Shown piece by piece: positions 61,085-64,000 of a DNA stretch of 64,000 nucleotides. A model generated the notes under the pieces. The model was not told where the DNA came from. It saw nothing but the letters and a program-made list of their open reading frames with translations, and ran no database searches. Numbering within the stretch: position 1 is the first letter of the stretch; the number at the start of each line of letters is the position of its first letter. Position numbers and translations under genes: made by a program. The DNA is from Trypanosoma brucei (taxonomy: Eukaryota): assembly GCA_000002445.1 (NCBI GenBank), contig CH464491.1:2208001-2272000 (forward strand). The letters are read 5' to 3'.

Positions 61085-63772
61085 ATGGATGAAACACCGA
61101 ATGCTGTAAAGCAGCTATATACGGATGTGGAGTACACCATAGGGTCCAACCCAGAAATGGAGAAGCAGGTGAAGCACGGCTGTGTGGTTATCGGACGGCT
61201 GCGTGTGTACTCAAGCTATAACTCGGGCCTTGCATTTGTGCGTAGTGGTGCTTTCCCAGCGGATGTTGTTGTGAAGGGATACGGAAGTATTAATCGTTTT
61301 TTGCATAATGATGTGGTTGCGGTGCAACTTCTTCCCATGGAGCAATGGGAAGACGTGGTTTCGGGTGAGTTGGAACCGGATGGCGACGATAAGGATGAGT
61401 TTCGCACGATGAGACCGGATTCAGAGAGACTCCCCGATGGGCGGCGCATCACACGGTGGATACGAGACACCACGATGAATAACAGAAAAAACCGAGAGAT
61501 GTGGCTGGCGGAGATGATGTCCGCCCCAACCCAGCACAACTGGCATGGCAAGAAGCCGTCGGGAAGTGTGATAGCCGTCCTCGAGCGTAAGCACCCACTG
61601 CTTTTTGTGGCCCGCTTGGCCGACGACGCGCTCTCCTCTCAGGAGGTTATACAGGACAGACGCTTCTACCGTTTCAAAGTATTTGATCAATTACTTCCTC
61701 ATATCGCCGTTTTTGGCCGTGATATTCCTTTTAGCCTGCGTGAGAGTATCAGGGAACGGTTTTACTTGTTACGTCTGGAAACGACAACTGGTGGGGACAT
61801 AGTGTGGGTGGAATCTCGTTTTCCCACTGCAAGGATAATATCCACGTTTGGTAGTGTGCACTCGTTGCGTGCAAACACTTTCGCGATTTGCTCTGCGCAC
61901 CACATTGTCACGGACGACTTCTCAGAAGAGGCGTGCAACTGTATACCCGACCGGCTAATAATTCCGAACTCAGAGGAAATGAAACGAACCGGTCGCCGTG
62001 ATCTGCGCAGAGAAGAGTTCGTGTGTAGTATCGACCCTGCCACGGCCCGTGATCTGGATGACGCCCTTAGCATAACCTTATTGCCAGGAGGGTACCGTGT
62101 TGGGGTTCATATCGCCGATGTATCACATTTCGTTTCCCCGGGGTCGGCACTTGATGAGGAGGGTCGTGCGCGGGCGACGAGTGTGTACCTTGTGGACCGA
62201 GTTTATCACATGCTTCCACGAAAACTGAGCGAGGAGTACTGCAGTTTGCACCCAGGGTCCGATAAACTTGCTTTCTCTGCCATCTTTCAGTTGGACCTCA
62301 ACGGCAAGCTGAAAGGGGAATGGTTTGGAAAGAGCGTTATCCGCAATCGTTGCCGCCTCTCATATGATGATGCTCAACGAATTATCGATGGTAACCTAAC
62401 TACCCTTGATGCATTAGATTACGGTGGCGTAACGGATCGCCGAGAGCTTTCGCAGCTGAAGGAACGTGTTGCGACGTCGGTGAAACACCTTTTCGATCTG
62501 GCATCCAAACTCCGCGCTGCAAGTTTTGAACGGGGTCGTCTAGCGTTTTCCACTCCTGAGATCGGTTTTCACTTTGAGGACATATCGAATCCCACGCACC
62601 CAATTGGGTTCAATGTCCATAGGCAGATAGAGGCAAATTGGCTGGTAGAGGAGTTTATGCTGCTTGCCAACTTACGAGTCGCCCAAAAGATTGTGCAATA
62701 CCTTCCTGACCAAGCAATACTGCGTGTGCACCCACCACCGAAGAGGGTTCTGTTTGAACAGCTGAAGCTGTCTCTTGCAAGAGTGAACATTGAGCTGAAA
62801 GGACGATCCAACAAGTCGCTCGAGCAACTTCTTAATAGCGTGAGGGATCATCCGTTGCGGGACGAAATTTCTATCATGGTGAAGAACACTCTGTCTCTAG
62901 CGAAGTATTGTACAAACGGTGAAAATTTTACTAACAAAGTTCCCCTCGGGCACTACGCTCTAGGGTTAGAGTGGTATACGCACTTCACCTCACCCATTCG
63001 CCGCTACGCTGATATCATCGTCCACCGGCAGCTACTATGCGCTTTGGAGATCGAATCAATTGTAAAGGGGAAGCACCGCACCGGCAAGACATGTGCGGGT
63101 GCTGTTGGAATGGAGGTGGAATGTCTTGACTCAGCGGAGTTTTTTACTTCCACTTATGAAGTCATGAATATTGCAGATGAATGCAATGAGAATAAGAGGG
63201 CTGCGGACAGTGTGAGCGAAGCTTCACTAAAACTATTCTTCTGTCACTATCTCAAGTCCTTGCGGTCTCTGTGGGTTTCGAGCAACAAAGAAGATCCCTT
63301 TATTCCACGCGTGGATGCCGTCGTCATAAGCGTGGCTCCTGAAAAAAAGGTGTTGATGCTATACGCAAGAGTGGTAGGGATCAGTGTTGAGATTAGTTTA
63401 AAAAGTAAGACACAAAAATTTGTTGCGGAAAGCGGTAATAATGAGAATAGGGATGAGTCCAACAAGGAGGAAACTGCGTCGCTTCACAGTGAGATAAGAA
63501 GAAAAAGAGGGAGCGCCACTGGGGGAAATCACAGGGGTGGGGAGAGACAAAAGAGCCCTCCACGTGCGCAAGAGGCGAAGATAACCATCAACTGGGGGTT
63601 ACACCCCCAAACTAATGAAAAGGTTGAAGAGGAGATTAAAGAACTCATGATGGTTTCCGCCGTCCTAACAATAAAACGAAACGTGAAAGGCTATGAGGAA
63701 CCGGATATGATTATGGACCCACCGTGGTTGCGGGACGAAAAACGGATGGCAATACCCACAAGTCTCGTTTGA
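61085..63772 (+). CDS. RNase II/R-family 3'-5' exoribonuclease, DIS3L2-like (RNB domain, no N-terminal PIN domain)
   Basis: The product has the RNB catalytic motifs CSIDPATARDLDDALSI, GVHIADVSHFV, SVYLVDRVYHMLP and LGHYALGLEWYTHFTSPIRRYADIIVHRQL. Upstream cold-shock-like beta regions are present and there is no PIN/CR3 module, so it resembles DIS3L2 rather than RRP44. I chose the start at MDETPNAV (61085); the listed ORF starts at 60992. Confidence 0.88.
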   Translation: MDETPNAVKQLYTDVEYTIGSNPEMEKQVKHGCVVIGRLRVYSSYNSGLAFVRSGAFPADVVVKGYGSINRFLHNDVVAVQLLPMEQWEDVVSGELEPDGDDKDEFRTMRPDSERLPDGRRITRWIRDTTMNNRKNREMWLAEMMSAPTQHNWHGKKPSGSVIAVLERKHPLLFVARLADDALSSQEVIQDRRFYRFKVFDQLLPHIAVFGRDIPFSLRESIRERFYLLRLETTTGGDIVWVESRFPTARIISTFGSVHSLRANTFAICSAHHIVTDDFSEEACNCIPDRLIIPNSEEMKRTGRRDLRREEFVCSIDPATARDLDDALSITLLPGGYRVGVHIADVSHFVSPGSALDEEGRARATSVYLVDRVYHMLPRKLSEEYCSLHPGSDKLAFSAIFQLDLNGKLKGEWFGKSVIRNRCRLSYDDAQRIIDGNLTTLDALDYGGVTDRRELSQLKERVATSVKHLFDLASKLRAASFERGRLAFSTPEIGFHFEDISNPTHPIGFNVHRQIEANWLVEEFMLLANLRVAQKIVQYLPDQAILRVHPPPKRVLFEQLKLSLARVNIELKGRSNKSLEQLLNSVRDHPLRDEISIMVKNTLSLAKYCTNGENFTNKVPLGHYALGLEWYTHFTSPIRRYADIIVHRQLLCALEIESIVKGKHRTGKTCAGAVGMEVECLDSAEFFTSTYEVMNIADECNENKRAADSVSEASLKLFFCHYLKSLRSLWVSSNKEDPFIPRVDAVVISVAPEKKVLMLYARVVGISVEISLKSKTQKFVAESGNNENRDESNKEETASLHSEIRRKRGSATGGNHRGGERQKSPPRAQEAKITINWGLHPQTNEKVEEEIKELMMVSAVLTIKRNVKGYEEPDMIMDPPWLRDEKRMAIPTSLV

Positions 63773-63949
63773 TCAAAGTGCCCTCCGTTATTTTTTCCTT
63801 TTTCGTTTTTTACTTGTTACGTTGTGTTGTACTTTAACTTCTTTGACGTCATAGTCTCGGGTAATTACAGCGTCTTTCTTCCTTTTATTTATTTATTTCT
63901 TGGAGTGGATCTTAGCGAATTGTTTTTATTTTTCGACAGACACGCCCGC

Positions 63950-63952
<3 letters not shown>

Positions 63953-63981
<29 letters not shown>
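63953..63981. repeat. (TA)14 microsatellite in the 3' flank of the exoribonuclease gene
   Basis: The sequence tatatatatatatatatatatatatatat was read directly from the window. Confidence 0.95.
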
Positions 63982-63984
<3 letters not shown>

Positions 63985-64000
63985 TTGATATATTAGTCTG

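Noticed and set aside
1-64000. A search for CRISPR arrays, prokaryotic defence islands, integrases, transposases or inverted-repeat-bounded mobile elements.
   Set aside because: The sequence is eukaryotic (kinetoplastid). There is no direct-repeat/spacer architecture, no IS or transposase-like ORFs, and no retrotransposon (ingi/RIME, SLACS) RT or endonuclease ORFs. The repeats present are simple microsatellites.

Overview
This window reads as a kinetoplastid (Trypanosoma-type) nuclear chromosome segment, not a prokaryotic locus. All credible genes are intron-less and sit on the + strand, consistent with one unidirectional polycistronic transcription unit with no strand switch. Each gene is preceded by a long polypyrimidine tract, which is the expected trans-splicing/polyadenylation signal. 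Intergenic regions are rich in (TA)n, (TG)n, (CA)n, (AAC)n and (CCTTTT)n microsatellites and homopolymer runs. The ~24 protein-coding genes I can support include PP1 catalytic subunit, an ankyrin-repeat protein, Sec13, V-ATPase subunit e, KDEL receptor ERD2, a ULK4 pseudokinase ortholog, a 4154-aa axonemal dynein heavy chain, a CDKL-like kinase, RAD51, ribosomal protein S26, RAD50, an Aurora kinase, a ZMYND10-like protein, a TPR+MYND protein, an alpha-carbonic anhydrase, a WDR75/UTP17-like WD40 protein and a DIS3L2-like RNB exoribonuclease. The order RAD51 – RPS26 – RAD50 – Aurora kinase, and ULK4 followed by a dynein heavy chain, matches my memory of T. brucei chromosome 11, but I cannot run a search to confirm this. 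I found no CRISPR array, no prokaryotic mobile element and no tRNA or rRNA. There is no evidence of a novel defence or mobile system in the prokaryotic sense. The most interesting observations are eukaryotic: the ZMYND10 ortholog has lost its MYND finger while the neighbouring gene carries one; the ULK4 ortholog has lost the catalytic lysine but kept YRD and DFG motifs; the CDKL-like kinase has DLG and TGN variant motifs; several very small conserved ORFs may be under-annotated; and a candidate UEV/RWD-fold protein may be an ESCRT-I component.
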